Made by a program: the position numbers and the translations under genes. A model generated the notes under the pieces. It searched no databases, was not told the DNA's origin, and was given only the letters and a program-made list of their open reading frames with translations. A stretch of DNA of 63,803 nt, the filler included, from Octopus bimaculoides (Eukaryota), in assembly GCF_001194135.2 (NCBI RefSeq). It is 6 parts of 6 records of this genome, joined end to end, with 100 filler letters (N's around TTAATTAATTAA, not from the genome) between each part and the next. Parts side by side here need not be neighbours in the genome. Positions count along the whole stretch, not along the records: positions 17,730 to 35,377 come from NC_068982.1; positions 35,478 to 43,171 come from NC_068986.1; 4 more parts are not named here. One strand, 5' to 3'. Each line of letters opens with the position of its first letter. Position 1 is the first letter of the stretch. Below, piece after piece: positions 24,764 to 40,093 of the stretch.

Positions 24764-25666
24764 CAAAAACTTTTATATTACACATATTATGTTTTTCTAT
24801 TCCGTTTTCAATAACGATAGGGTGAAGCCTCATCCAACGCTAATATTTAAAAACTGTTTCCAGTACCAAATTTAGGATTTAGGATTATGAACTGTTGCAG
24901 CATAGGAAAACAAGTGCATATTTACATTGCTTAATCAAAATGCACAATAGACAGAATGGTCAACACATACGAAGGAAGGCAGCAAGAAAGGCTCAATTCA
25001 GTTTTTTGGGGGTTATAAATTTGCCTAAATTGGATTTTAAAGGTGTATGTATTTCACTTGATTTAATAACATACTGGCACATGCTTTTGTTTCATATAGC
25101 TTTCTAAAAATATGCAATTTTGGTGTCTATCACAAGCATCGGTACGGTGCAGTTGGACAATTTCGCTATCGATAATTTTGTGGGGAAAATGTGGGTGCAT
25201 TTCTGTGTTAGTATATATGAACAACTTTTCATGTATATACATGCCTGCGTTTGTGTATGTGTTTATAATTCAAGGTGAAAATAATTGGAAATGAATTTCA
25301 CTCCAAACATTTAATGAAATATTAAAACGAAATAACAAATCATGTAGGAAAAAAGGACGAAACACACGATAGCTCTTTGTTTCACTGAAGCCTCATCAAC
25401 TGTTAGAGTTACTTTCACGCATAGACGTACTTGTTTTTATCTAATATATATTTATAATCGAAAACGAGTTTCTATGCATTGTTTACACACTTTAATAATT
25501 TTTGTTGAGAGATGAACAAGTAAATAAATGAAAGTATTATGATGCTTTTCAAGAACAGCCATCCGTGAAGTATGGAATAAAATTATATCACGATAAAGTC
25601 GATAATTTGATACAAACAAATATTAGTGTAGGTAATAATGCAAAAATAAATATATTCTGATATTCC

Positions 25667-25706
<40 letters not shown>

Positions 25707-25716
25707 NNNNNNNNNN

Positions 25717-25752
<36 letters not shown>

Positions 25753-25922
25753 GCGTATGTGCGTATGAATATGCTTGCATATATATATATATACATACAT
25801 TTATATGCCTATATATATATGCATATGTGTGTGTATATATATATATGCATATGTGTCTGCATATATATATATATGTGTGTATGTGTGTGTGCGTATGTAT
25901 GTGTGTGTGTGTGAGTGTGTGT

Positions 25923-25959
<37 letters not shown>

Positions 25960-28115
25960 CGCATATATACTATTTGTCTGTATATAACCAACAGTATTAA
26001 AGAAAATCCATTTCGATGAAACGAAAGGGAAAAAGTTCTTCATTTAAATGTAATAATAGAAAACGCATATTTTTGATAAGATAATTATTTCATTATTGAA
26101 AGCATAGGGGGAAAATCTAATCAGCTGCTTCATTTTGAAAACGTTATTGTTTGGTAATTTCATAATAAAAATTCAATAGAATATTGTTATATAAAGTTTG
26201 GTTTTAAAATAAATGAATGCTTTCGTCATTTTATTACCCTATATCGAGTATCAAAATAACTCACGTAGAAAGATCAGTTCGATTTCTGGATTAAAATCGT
26301 TGAAAAGTCGATTGTGATTTTTAGATTATATAAATCGACCATAAATCTATCTTATGCCAATTTATTTTGCATACGAAACATATATATCTCACAATTCTGT
26401 ATGTAACTCTTTGCCTTAGATATATATTATTCGTCATAATGGAAATCTTACCTGCGAAGTATATTCAGATAACCTCAATATAGAATTCTTTGAATATAAT
26501 TCTAGTTTGAAACAACTTTCTAAAGCTACTATAGTGAGAAATGATGTGACAATATGTCATGATAACCCTTATCTCAATTTCTTCTCCCCGATCAATATTT
26601 GTTTCATTCACTTACTTTGATTTAACATTTTATTGAACTTCTACATTAAACGCAGATTTTGCTTGAGTGAATATAGATAAGAAGGTAAAGACGTATAGTA
26701 AGTGTCTTGTAGAAACGTAGTCATTAATGAATTTTATGCTTAATTTCTCGGCAGAATTGAATTGTTATAGGATCCTCAATAAATCAAAATTACAATCGCA
26801 TTGTTCGGAAATGATACAATACATTTAAATGCCGTTCTATTTTTGTTTTCTTTTCAATGGTTGACATAATAAATAAAAGAGTGTAAAACTGTTTTATTTC
26901 ATTGAATACGTCAATAGTGTCCATGATATTAGACCATTCATGATCTGCCTAAATCAGTAAGGAGATAATTAATATGCTATTATATATAACTCTTTAATTT
27001 CCTGAAATAAAAGTTGCACTTTTATTATTATTTCTTTTAAAAAAATATGGTATCGAGAAACGATACACTTAAATAACATTCTTAGGCAATATAATAGTGT
27101 AGCGTAAAATAATAAAAATATGAAACGTAGCAGTTTTATAAAAAGTATAGTTAACTTCAGTGATGCAGAATAAAAATAGAAAAGATATTACAAATAAAGG
27201 GATTGGAATTATATTACTCTGGGGTTATAAGCCTTGGACTTTTAAGCATTTTCGGCAAATAAATATATTTGAAGAAACGACAAAACTTAACCATAAAAAG
27301 AATAACTACTCCATGCTGTAAAGTTATGAACCTACATTTTGAGAAGTAAGGTAAAACAAAATGTGAAACGCAATATTTAAAGTAAAACTTATGATTAGTT
27401 GCGGTTGTAGTTTGTGATCAACAAGTTATTCTACATTTTCTTTGCGATTTTGCTCAAATTATTTGCACAATGACAATAAATAAAGCATAATTCCATGTTC
27501 AGACTTAAATCCCTCCGGAATCTATTGTCTTTTATGATTTTTATGATTAATTCTTGGTTTTGGTGCAGCCGCGCAGTGAAATGGTATCTATAAACTTGCG
27601 TGTTTGAGAAAAAAAAAAAACATTATTTACTTAAATTTCGGTTGAACACATACAGGCTAATTTAATCTTACTAATAACAGTTACATGGTTCAAAGTAAAT
27701 TCCTTTTAGATTCAAATGTGAATTTGAAGATGGTGATTTCAGTTGAAGGTTCACTCATTTATTAACGTAACAAAAATAATATTTTCATCATGAGTTTTTA
27801 ACGTGGCTTTAGCGTCATTTGGTGCTTATTTTCAGCGCGTGGAGAGGCTTGTTTGTAATCTCTTGTTATAATTATGTGTATAATTATTAATATAATATTT
27901 AGAAAATTTACCTATCAGGTTTTTATTTTCGTGCTGACCACCTGGTAAAATCATGAATGAAAATATTATCCTTCATTANNNNNNNNNNNNNNNNNNNNNN
28001 NNNNNNNNNNNNNNNNNNNNNNNNNNNNNNNNNNNNNNNNNNNNNNNNNNNNNNNNNNNNNNNNNNNNNNNNNNNNNNNNNNNNNNNNNNNNNNNNNNNN
28101 NNNNNNNNNNNNNNN

Positions 28116-28174
<59 letters not shown>

Positions 28175-28407
28175 CACACACACACAGACACACATATATA
28201 AACATACGTGTTTACATGTGGCGTCAGTGTTCTGCGATCATTGGCATGAATTTAGAAAGAGACTTATAGTTCATTAAGGTAAAGCTACATTTGAAAACGA
28301 ATTTGTATGAATAAGTTTGTGAACTTTTATCACATCCACGTAATCCACGGTTAGCATCAAGAAACGCTTCAATATGGAATCGAAAGCATCGACATGTGTA
28401 AATAATA

Positions 28408-28500
28408 TGATCATTATCAATTTTGGGCATAATGATCACATGATCTTTATCAATTTTGAACACAATGGTCATATGATCTTTGTCAATTTTGGGCATAATG
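28408..28500. repeat. 33-bp minisatellite, ~3 imperfect copies
   Basis: Unit approximately atgatctttatcaattttgggcataatgatcac. Confidence 0.8.
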
Positions 28501-28689
28501 AATATGGAAGACTTGGGCATATGGAAGACTTGAGAGATTCAGTTGTGTTCTGGGGGTGTTGATTGACATCTTTCTCGACGATTACATGCTATACGTGATA
28601 GACAAAATAATAACCCTTTCTTTAATAAATACCAGTTTGACATTAATCAGTAGACATAAAAAAACATTACAATTTCTTGACTCCTATAA

Positions 28690-29090
28690 GTTATTGCCCT
28701 GTGCGCGTAAGAGATAGCAGGGTATTGTAATCATTAATCTTTGTTTGTTTTTCAGTGTGTTTGCAAAATTACTGTGAAACGGCCGAACAGATTTTTTCCA
28801 AATTTCGCAGAAATACTCATTGGGAGATTTGTTGGAAATGATGAAAATTTGGTTTGATTATCTTCAAACATACATAAATACATACATAGATATGCAACTC
28901 AGTGTGTGCGTGTTAGTGCGAGTGCGCATGCCTACAATGATTGATTCGAGGGTTTCTTTTATTTACAAGTTGATTTCTTAATTTCACCGGAGTATAAATA
29001 CCTATAATAATGATACTTAACAAAAAAAACAAAAAAAATCTGCGCGCAGGGTATGCATCACCCATCCGATGCCTTTTTCTTTTTCGTTGT
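28690..29090. mobile_element. Helentron-associated (HINE/DINE-1-like) non-autonomous element
   Basis: Terminal hairpin ttattgccctgtgcgcg..gcagggtattgt, then gtttgttt and gcaaaattactgtgaaacggccgaacagattttttccaaattt. The other end reads gcgcagggtatgcatcacccatccgatgcc. Family assignment from memory. Confidence 0.45.
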
Positions 29091-29345
29091 TTCTGTAACT
29101 CTTTATACCGTTGGTCAGGAGGTAGCTTTGAGTGGTGATGTGCCCAAACCTTAGAACGTGCATCAATGAATTATGTGCGTTATAAATAAGCGTCGTCTAA
29201 AGTTATGCATTGCTCCCACATGTCTAAAGACAGCAAATTTCAACTTATTCACATTAGAATTTACTAGGACATATTGAAAAATAGCACATAAGTTATTGAT
29301 TCAACTCTCGCCGTTCTGCATGAAATTTAATAACGATATACGTTG

Positions 29346-29435
29346 GTGCGTGAGTGTGCATGTGCGTGAGTGTGCATGTGCGTGAGTGTGCATGTGCGTG
29401 AGTGTGCATGTGCGTGAGTGTGTGCATGTGCGTGT
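29346..29435. repeat. 16-bp minisatellite (gtgcgtgagtgtgcat) x ~5
   Basis: Direct reading. Confidence 0.9.
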
Positions 29436-29819
29436 ATGCGCTTGTTCACGCGTGCGTTGATGTCTATCTATCTATCTGTCTATCTGTCTATTTGTCTGTC
29501 TGTCTCTCTGTGGATGTCACAATAGGTATCTAATTGCAAATGTAGCTTAGAGGTATAGTTAGATGTTGAGACAGAAAAGGATAATGCTAATATATTTACC
29601 AGTGTATTAGCAAATGCTCATGTTTACGAGTTGCTGCTGTAAAGCTTATTAAACTGCAAATATCATTTCAGCGTGATAAGTCTTGCAACACCTACATACA
29701 TACATGCGTACATACGCGCATACATACATGCATACATACATACACACGTACATACATGTATGTATACATGCATACACAGAGACACACACGCATGTGTATA
29801 TACAAACATATAACATGCA

Positions 29820-29853
<34 letters not shown>

Positions 29854-30924
29854 AATATATAGATACATATATATATATATATATNNNNNNNNNNNNNNNN
29901 NNNNNNNNNNNNNNNNNNNNNNNNNNNNNNNNNNNNNNNNNNNNNNNNNNNNNNNNNNNNNNNNNNNNNNNNNNNNNNNNNNNNNNNNNTATACGTATAT
30001 ACACATATATATGTATATACACATATATATGTATGTATATACATATATGTATATATGCATGAAAATTATGTCGAATATTTTTTTAATGTTTATCTTTATA
30101 CCTTCAGGGAAGCATAATATAAGTATATATGTTTTAACTTTATCGATAGTAAGTAAGTACATACCTGAACTGTGCACATTACTATGTTAATATAATACAT
30201 TCAGGATAAGTAACGAATGAATTCTATCTGCTTTTCCTTGAGGCAATCATAACAAATTTGCAATATGGAATTTGGATTTATTTCTTATATTCCATTTATA
30301 TTGCCGTTGGTTGAAAATGATTTCGAGGACGTTACTTGAATATTAGCACTGAGAACCGCGTAATAGCTAAATGGATGTATATATATATATATATAACTGA
30401 AATGTCCACTTGCACTCACATATAAGCATTAGTTTGTAAGGAAGTGAAAACATTGAGAAAATATAGGAATGTAATGTTACACACTAACAGTGTCTGTGAT
30501 GAACCATGGAAAGTTATTATTTTACTTGGTAATTCTGTAAAAGTGTGACTTTGTGCTCTAGTCTCTACAAAGTAAAACTAAAATTGTTTGGATCATGCGA
30601 TTTAATAAGTTGCATTATTTTATTTTGATTTTTGCTTCGTTATTCTGCCGAGTTTCTATCAAGGAATTCGGTAAGAATCGATATTTCTGTTCTTACATGC
30701 ACAATATAAACTGGAAAGCCTTTGAAACTCTGATGATAGACAAAAAGAGTTTGATCAAAACAAGTGCACTCAGAGAGCACACACTTCCGCCAAGGCAAAA
30801 CCAACGTCCTCTCAACGATTAGCCAGAGATGATTTTTAAAATGAGAATATCTGAAATAATCTCGACTGCTCTCACAAACGAGAATAAGAAAAATAAACCC
30901 GACCACTCTTAAAAATTAAGTTGA

Positions 30925-31137
30925 AAAACCGGAAAAATAATCCAGAATCCTTGTCCGATACCGGATCGATCTCAAAATCTACTCAGTAAGTGTCGGTCAT
31001 AAGACCCAACATCTTTGAAAGTTTCATTCGAATCCATCCAGCGGTTCTTGAGATATCTTGTCTACGGAAAAACAACCAAACAAACAAACACGACTGAAAA
31101 ACAATACTTCCGCCTTCGCCAAGCCGGAGGTAATAAA
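30925..31137. mobile_element. Helentron-associated (HINE-like) element end
   Basis: gaaagtttcattcgaatccatccagcggttcttgagatatc, (CAAA)n and terminal hairpin aatacttccgcc..gccggaggtaat. Confidence 0.55.
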
Positions 31138-31475
31138 CACGCCTTACGATATTCATTCTTGGGAATACAGTTGAAATAATAAAGATACAAAATACCACAT
31201 CACATTCGACGATAGACAGTTGTTTTGTTGGTTGTGTAATGAAGCAAAAATAGATATCAAAGTGTATGTGGCATTTGCAACAACTGTAAAAAAGCTCAAA
31301 CCTCTCTGCCCTTGGTTTTGTTGTGCGTGTGTAGGTGTGTTTGTGTATTCATTTTCGTTCTCTGGCAAAGTATTCATCTTATTTGCCCCTTATTGATAAA
31401 TTCTCGTTGTTTATTGAGAAAGCAATCTACTACTATGTTCAAAAGTGGTGTCATGTAGTTTGAGTGTGACGTAAA

Positions 31476-31548
<73 letters not shown>

Positions 31549-32635
31549 ATATTGGATATATGAATTCGAATTCTATGGTATGCATAGCCCGAAAAACTTT
31601 GTCAGCGATATGTAATATTTAGAACTACGTCAAAACTTAGCGAAATACAAAAAGATCAAGCCATATTATAAGAGAATGGTCACAAATTTGCTTTGCAATA
31701 TGAAAATCCTCAATTCAATCCAAGTATTGCGTAAGTAATTTCTCTTCCCTTGTATTCTATAATATATCTGAGAAAAATGCTCTTGTCATGGGATATTTGA
31801 AATATGCTAGAGGATTGGTTCGTTCTGAAGCACAATAGCAGGTGATCGGTGTAGGCCATAGATACAATTTCACATTTATGTATATATTATCCTTTCTATT
31901 ATAAGCACAAGACCAGAAATTTGATGGGAGGGGATCAGTCGATTAGATTGACCCCAGTACGTAACTGGTACTTCATTTATCGACCTCGAAAGGATGAAAG
32001 GCAAAGCCGACCTCGTTTGAATTTGAACTCAAAACATGACGACAGACGAAATACCGCTAAACATTTCGCCCGGCGTTCTCCCGATTCTGCCAGCTCGTCG
32101 ATTATTTCTCTATAAATTATACTTGAAAAATTAGTATTTGACCTTCAACTTTGTTTTTGACAGCCATTTAGAAAACCGACCTGTCAGCATCTTTCTACTT
32201 GTCTGTAGAATACACACACGTAATATATGTACATATGTATATTTTAATACTCATACATAAACGTGTACACCGGGGCGCATAGACTTGCAAATAGAAGCGC
32301 GCGCGCACAGATACACACACACATACACAGAGTCGCGTATATTCTTTTATTCTTTTGCTTGTTTCAGTCATTTGACTGTGACCATGTTGGAGCACCGACT
32401 TCAAAATGTTTTAGTCGAGCGAATCAACCCCAGGATTTAATATATAAGGCTGGTACTTATTCTTTTATGCTCTTTTGCCGAACCTCTTGGTCACTCGGAC
32501 GCAAACACACCAACACTGGTTGTTGTCAAGCGGTGGTAAGGGACAAACACAGGCACAACGATACGTGCACAGAGGTATATATAAATATAAATATATATGT
32601 ATATATATATGTACATGCATACACACACACACACA

Positions 32636-32690
<55 letters not shown>

Positions 32691-32700
32691 NNNNNNNNNN

Positions 32701-32768
<68 letters not shown>

Positions 32769-32924
32769 ACACACATATACACACATACATACGACAGGCT
32801 TCTTTCAGTTTCTGTTGTTTACCAAATGCATTCACAAGACGTTGGTCGGCCTGAGCTTTCTTCCTAGCTACATGGTTCCGGGTTCAGTTCCATTGCGTTG
32901 CGCCTTAGCAAAGTGTCTTTAATT

Positions 32925-33405
32925 CAGACGGTCTTGTGAGGTTGCTGGAGACTATCTAACTGGAGAGCGTTGGTGCTGGAAAGTTATATGGGTGACAGCA
33001 TTGTTCGAATTCTTGCCACATCTCCCGATCGAGTGGGACGCGATTGTCAGAGAATTTCTACGACTTCCCCAGTCGCAATTTCTGGCCTCTTAATTATCCC
33101 ATCGAATAGTATGTGTTTGATGCTGTCGAGAAAGACGCCAATCGTTCTACCTGCAACGTCAAGGCTGAGTTAATGATCAGGTAAGGAAGTGGTCGATGAT
33201 CGTCTCAGAGGCACAGTGAGAATCTCATACCAGGTTCTGGTAATATCCTGAGGTACTGGCGGCTACTTTGAATAAACTCTTATCTCCCATCCATGTTCTA
33301 GTTAAAATCTTGATTTTCAAAGATGCTTTTATATTTTGAATGCGATATTGCGTTTTCTTTTGTGTTTATGGAAACTGCCAATGATACAAGAACGTAATGC
33401 CTGTA
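32925..33405 (+). mobile_element. Decayed maT (DD37D-like) Tc1/mariner transposase 3' fragment and right end
   Basis: Reads ...LSENFYDFPSRNFWP..NYPIE*YVFDAVEKDANRSTCNVKAELM...GGYFE*, matching the F...WPPNSPD.NP.DY.VW.AVE...GGYFE pattern. Confidence 0.65.
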
Positions 33406-33469
33406 CAGTAATTCTCCTGACATAGAAGCGATTCTGGTACTGCTTATACACATAATAAATAGGATAAAA

Positions 33470-33810
33470 GATTTATTGCATAATCTAAAATGTACTTTGT
33501 GGGAAAACGTCACAGCTTCTCAAGATTGGAGAGATATGTTACTGAATATATTACACAAAGTTCAAATTCAGATGTTGCGTTCTGTATGTTGTAACATTTC
33601 TTTCCTTCATGTTTCAGGCAGATTTTTGAACACTAATATTTTTGATAGAGTAATTTACCACTTTGAGATAACCGCTTTCTCATGCCTTGGCGGTTTTGAG
33701 GCTGAACGCGTAGCGAAGACTCGTAAATCTTACGGAAATGCATTATACAGAAATTTGCCGGTTATCATTGATTCTTTTACATTACTAAAGCCTTTGATTT
33801 AGGCGGTTTT
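33470..33810 (+). mobile_element. Highly decayed RTE-like RT N-terminal fragment
   Basis: ORF 33476..33802 reads LWENVTASQDWRDM..ILHK...ISFLHVSGR...GFEAER, resembling WE...PQD.RDA..LYK..GISLL...GK...GFRA.R. Confidence 0.45.
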
Positions 33811-35332
33811 TATATTATCAAGGTCTTTTCATGATGTAACTTGTGGGGAATATCAAATCCATCTTCATCCCGTATAACTGGATAACTACTGATATAACTA
33901 CTGCTTTATCTGACGTGTATATTACTATACATTTTCCAATTGCTTTCAAAGAATGTTCATATAAAATTAATATAGAACACCACACAACTGATTCTTCAAT
34001 CGCAAACGTTTTATTTCTATATCATACATAGTTTCATATATGATAAACACCCCCTTGAACTCTGCGTAATTAAAGACAAAGATAAAATGTGTATCATGCA
34101 GTATGTTAGGTGTCACAAGTAATGTATATGACATATGTTCCATCAGTAATGTTCAGAAAAGCAGCGTGCTGCTTCTAAACTAATGACATAAGGTAAAAAC
34201 GTTGAAAAATGTGCCTTCTTTTATATACCCGTAGAGCATGTTCAAACTCAGGGTATTTCTGAAAGCAGAATTGCTCATAGAATACAGAAGTAATGGATAG
34301 CACCTGGAAAATGACACTCTTTATGATATTCCGAACGATATAAAAGTAGTGCTAATTGAGGTTTTTGCCTGTTTCTCTATTATGTTGAAGTGGACTGGAA
34401 TGTTTAGATAAAAATTTTCGTAAAAAACTTGGCATTTTATTGACAAATATACAAGGCTATATACGTGACGTTAAGGAGTTATCGAACTCTGTAATATTAC
34501 TCACACACTTTCAACACAATAGACTGCAGTCTATTGTTCGCAAGGAAAAAAAAAAGAATTCCAGTATTTTACCTCAACAGGGAAGAATATTTTGAGTGGA
34601 GCCTCACAACTACATTTATGATGGCGGGCTATAATTTATTCGATGAAAAGTTAGTATTTATGCTGAAAATTGAGATGGAGGAGTTTATCTTGAAAAATAT
34701 GTACAATGTGACCTAGCTATGAGATGAGAATTAAATAAGTACAAATGAATGGAACTTAAAGAGAAAGAACTTATTCAAATGGTCATATTGTGATATTGTT
34801 ATCTGCATGAAATTACCTGAACAAAGCAAGTTAATAATAGATCAACCACACCTGAAACATATATGTCGACAATCATGTATCTAACTTCAACAGTCATGCA
34901 ATTAAGTTTCTATTGTTGGTTTGGGTAGACTTACATGTACACGACAGAAGCAGACACCAACTGTCGTGACCGCGCATTTCAATTAACTAAGAAGAGATAT
35001 TTATGTTATAGTTGCACTAAAACCTGCCAGACGCCTGTTGGGCTAAAAGGTCATCTTCATTTTGAACTTAGTAATCCATTAAGGAAATATGGCCAGACTA
35101 GTATTTAAATCACGTCAATAAGACCTACAAGTACAATGACACACACATTCACAATTACGAGCACATACAAACATACATTTATAAATAAATATTATATAGA
35201 ATTACAAGAGAAATACATAGCATTATAGAAGTATAAACATATAAGAGAGCACACACATAAACACTCCAGAAACGCAGTAGTTGAATGGCCGTTGACTACT
35301 TTGTAGTTCCTCCACTCTTTGACGGGTCTTAA

Positions 35333-35377
<45 letters not shown>

Positions 35378-35477
35378 NNNNNNNNNNNNNNNNNNNNNNN
35401 NNNNNNNNNNNNNNNNNNNNNTTAATTAATTAANNNNNNNNNNNNNNNNNNNNNNNNNNNNNNNNNNNNNNNNNNNN
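35378..35477. other. Artificial 100-bp linker
   Basis: 44 N, TTAATTAATTAA at 35422-35433, 44 N. Confidence 0.95.
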
Positions 35478-37964
35478 GGGGGGGGGGAGAAAGGAAAGAG
35501 AAAGAGATAGAGTAGCGTCGGAGGATAAGTTTACGAACTACTTACAATTTTTGTGAGACGCTGCGTTCAATCATGTAAAAACAAAAGTAAATGAGTATAT
35601 GCATAGACGAGTGAGTAGACAACAAACAGATGTATTAGTTTAACGCTCGGGAAGTGAGAAAGTCTTTCACGTTTCGAAAATATATATATATATATATTCA
35701 ATGAAAAATTGGAAACAACCAACAGATAGTACAAGCTGTTTGGCAGACGAATCGAAACCTCGTCTCCTAGCCTTTGTCGCAAGATCGAGAGAGACCACAC
35801 ACACGTATACGCAATCACATGCATACATACATACATACATACACATACAAACACACACCAACACACACACACACAAGTGTGTAAATGCGAGCGCACACAT
35901 AAAAGGCTACAAGTGTTATATATCGCTGCACCAACGACTCAAAACTCCTAAAACTTAACTTATATCGTCTCAAAACTCCACTAACTTTGCAGTCTATAAA
36001 TACCTGTCTTTCTTTTGCTGCCAAATAAACTAAATATATATTTTATTCAACTCAGATATTTTCTTAGAACATAAAACATAAAGAACTATATGTATATTAG
36101 AGAATATATAAACAACCGAACAGTATTCATATATCATAGTTTGATAAGTTCTGTTACGCATCAGGAAATAATAAAAAACAAAACAATAGATTCATGTTGT
36201 AATATTTTCAATACCTCACACAATATGTCCATTCTCAGTTGTCCAGTATGAAAACTGTCTGAAAGTTGGACGAAAAGACATGTACTTCTAGTATCGATCA
36301 ATTAATCCGTAAAATAAATCAGACCAAAGTTCTCTCTGATTCTCTCTCTCTCTGATTCTCTCTCTCTCTCCCCTCTCTCTCTCTCCCCTCTCTCTCTCTC
36401 TCTCTCTATGTCTATCTATCACTATCTCTGTTTTTCTCCTTCTCTTACTCTACTGACACTTTCACATGAAAACCCATTAAATATACAAAGAATGTTTCCT
36501 AAAAAGAAACCTTTAAATAAATACATTTTTGTCAGAGCCAAACGATTCAGTTAGAACAATTCCGCATTATTTACTTTGTGGGCAAATCTTGTGGGGGAAA
36601 AACTCCTTTACTTGCTCGCTAAACTAATGCATGCTTTTACAAATAATGGAGAAGACAGCTATTGTTCATTGGAAGTAGTGTGTATATAGTAGAGAATGCA
36701 AGACTCTTTATTCATAACAAGCAATATAGAAGTGCTAATTCGAACTGAGCCTGCTATTGCACGAATTCTAGCTTATAAAAGCACATATCGAATTGTTTCA
36801 ATGGAAGTTTTCTATTTTAAAGTGTTTTGTGTGAATAAATAGATATATCGGAATGAAAACGAAATTACTTGACGAGTCTCAGACATTGCTTGTCCAAACC
36901 AAACGTACACTAGAACACTGTATGATTCTGAAAGGAACATTTGAACTATTGTGCAGTTATTATAGTTGTATTACGTCAATTTCTCGGCAATCTCAAGCGT
37001 CACACATTTAATCCTCTCTGAATATATGCATGTTTTTGGACAGACGAAAATACAATCTGAATTGATGCATAAATTGAAAGCTGATTTCCATTTTATCATG
37101 GGATTGACAGAGAGCTTATTTAAATAAATGAAAAACGGCCCAACATTTAGAATTTTACGGCCAGTTTTAGATATTCATTAGATGAGGCAAAAAAATACTG
37201 TTTCATTTCGAAGATTTTCTGTAAATTTAAATACATTCTTCTGCTAATTTTTTTACTATTTTCTTTCGTCGGATACAAATGTTTATGAAGTAAATTTCTA
37301 TATTTATATTTATTTTAGCTTTATTATTGTGAGCAGAACTAATGATATTGTTGTTGTTGTTGTTGTAGGTGATGGTGGTTTTCTTCATATTTATTATGTG
37401 GATTGTGATGATGCTAGCGGTCTTCCCCCTTAAAATGTTCTTTTCATCGATGTCGTCTTTGTTACAATTATTATTATTATTATTATTATTATTATCATCA
37501 TAATTATTATCAGTATCCTCTTTATCACCGCCCCCTCATCACCATCATCATCATCGTCGTCGTCATCATCATTACTAATAATCGTAATGTTCTTGTTTCT
37601 GATTTTACTATTATTACTAACACTTTACAATTTCACATTCGATCGAAATTTGTTTCTTTATGTTGAATAGAATTCTCCGAAACGATAATTTCGTTTATTT
37701 CTATTTCCTTCCCAGCATTAGAGTCGAGTTAACAGAGGAAAAAGGAGGGATGAGACGGAGAAAAAGAAAGAGCAATACATACTTTCTCTCTCTCTCTCTC
37801 TCACACGTACGTGTATATAAACACATACATTCATATGCAATTAGTTTATATGTAAATGTAGTCGTACATGTGATTAGAGGTACACACACTCATATTGTAT
37901 AAGTGTATTTAAGTATCCATGCATATATACATGTATATAAATATAATGTACGTATGTATGTATG

Positions 37965-38004
<40 letters not shown>

Positions 38005-38535
38005 CACACGCGCGCAGATATAAAAGTCATACATACATTAGTGTATCTCCGTATTTAGCGTATTTCAGGACCTTCAATATATACACATTAACTGGAGCAA
38101 AGACTATGTGGTAATTCTCGTAACAATAATAACATTTCCATTGCTGTTGCGCATTTGTCTCTCTCTTTTCCTTCTTTCATTTCCATTTTCAAATTTCTCC
38201 ATAAAAGGAAGAACAATTTTCTGAAGCAAGCAATTTTCAAATGCACAGATGTGATCAGATTTAATTGGTTATAAAAGTCATTTGTTTGTGTTATCGTCTG
38301 TATTCATTAGCAGGTTTATTAGTATTCACAGAGCAACCACATCTATTGAAGAGATAATTAGTCTGACACTCTATATGTTTGTATCTAAATTATGTTTTGA
38401 CCGGTGTTGTGTTTGGCTGTCTTCAGGTACTAAGGATGGGACGCATGTACATCTCAAATATTCATTGTAGAAATACGCTTTTCTGTTATATATACAAGCA
38501 CACACGTACTCATCGATGCAGACTTCTTCATACAC

Positions 38536-38625
<90 letters not shown>

Positions 38626-38879
38626 GTGTGCGTGTGTGTGTATTATGTGTGTATATACATACATACATGCATATATATATATATATATATATTATATACG
38701 TGTGTGTGTATGCTCACATATATATGTGTATGTGTGTGTGTGTGTGTGTGTGTATGAATGTATGTTTAGGTATGTTTATATAACCCAAATAATGACACAA
38801 AGAAATATTTTAAAATATCTTAAATGATAAGTTTCAATTTTCTGTCCCAACGCCAGTTTACGCAAATTCGAAATGAAAA

Positions 38880-39260
38880 TTCACGTAATATTTCAGGTTT
38901 TAGACGTGCCATTCGAGGGAGAGAAAGTCTCTCAGGTCATCCTGAGTACATTTCTATGTTATTCTAATGGAACTAAAGCTTCTATTTTTGTAAGGCAGTC
39001 TTCAAACTTGTCCGCGTGATTCGGAGCATCTTGAGGACGATATGTAGTACATATAACGACATCGAGTTGTCTTCTGTGTACAATTAGTGAGTTACATACT
39101 GAATTTTCCATAGGAAAGTCGTTGTAGTTAACTTTGACGTTTTTTTATATTTTGGCATCTGAAGCAGCCGGAGATACGATAATTTGACCAAAATAATCGG
39201 ATATAGTATGCATTGAAAGAAACCCATTCGGCCAAATTTGGACATACGACAGTTTAGCAT
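38880..39260 (-). mobile_element. Decayed CR1/L2/Jockey-type APE endonuclease fragment
   Basis: Minus strand reads NSVCNSLIVH..QLDVVICTTYRPQDAPNHADKFEDCLTKI, giving the YRPP-like motif. Confidence 0.5.
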
Positions 39261-40025
39261 AATAGCAAAAACATATATTTATATAAAGAAGAAGAAGAAG
39301 AAGTGGGAAGTGGTATCACATAGTAGTAGAGGCTGTCCGTGGAATCTACTTTAATGATCAAGTGACCTAAACGTGACCTGTTGTGGTTGTAGCAGTAGTG
39401 ACAGGATCTGTTCTGAACAAATTCATGGGTAGCGATTGTTCTTTATCGCTTTCAATATTTGTGTGGGTATTATTCTAAGATCGTCGTAGTAGTGTCATCT
39501 GTGGTGAAAGCATTCAAAAGAGGTTTATATTTTGCGGTAAAATATGATTCTTTCCTAATGCGCTGATTATACGATGCACTAGCCCTAAATTTATACAGGC
39601 GAAAAAATTTGAAAGTTGCATTGTTATTTAGTGGCAAAAATGTTAACTTAATGCCATTTTTCTGTATTTCCGTATTTTAATCTTGAAGACTATGAAAATA
39701 TATTCAAAATATTTCATTTTAATTTTTCTTCAATTTAATTGTTTTTCTTCTTACTTAATATCCACCCTTGTTTTATTCTTAGTTGAAAAAGACGAAATTA
39801 CTAAAACCGGTATTTAGCGTTACAAAATGTATTTCATGATAATTTTTTTTTTAACATTTTCTCCCTTATCTAATTTTCCTTTTATAGATATATATATATT
39901 TATATATATATTCTTATAAGCATCCATGCCTTTTGTTAAGTCAGAATCTCCCTGTATGTTTATAACCATATTTATCAAGCGTAATAAATACTTATGTATA
40001 TGTATGTATGTATGTATGTATTTAT

Positions 40026-40093
<68 letters not shown>

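Noticed and set aside
26450-26520. Possible minus-strand exon ending in CAG|GTAAGA
   Set aside because: The donor is good, but the only open frame gives an unrecognisable peptide with no Sbf similarity, and it lies on a different assembly piece.
28374-28562. Reflectin-like Met/Asp/His repeat
   Set aside because: It lacks the MD-x5-MD motif and Tyr/Arg richness; the 33-bp minisatellite explains it.
28400-29440. CRISPR-like arrays
   Set aside because: The tandem units have no unique spacers and the context is eukaryotic; they are ordinary minisatellites.
33843-34030. Decayed RT YADD region on the minus strand (also 40400-40720)
   Set aside because: Similarity is too weak to support by eye.
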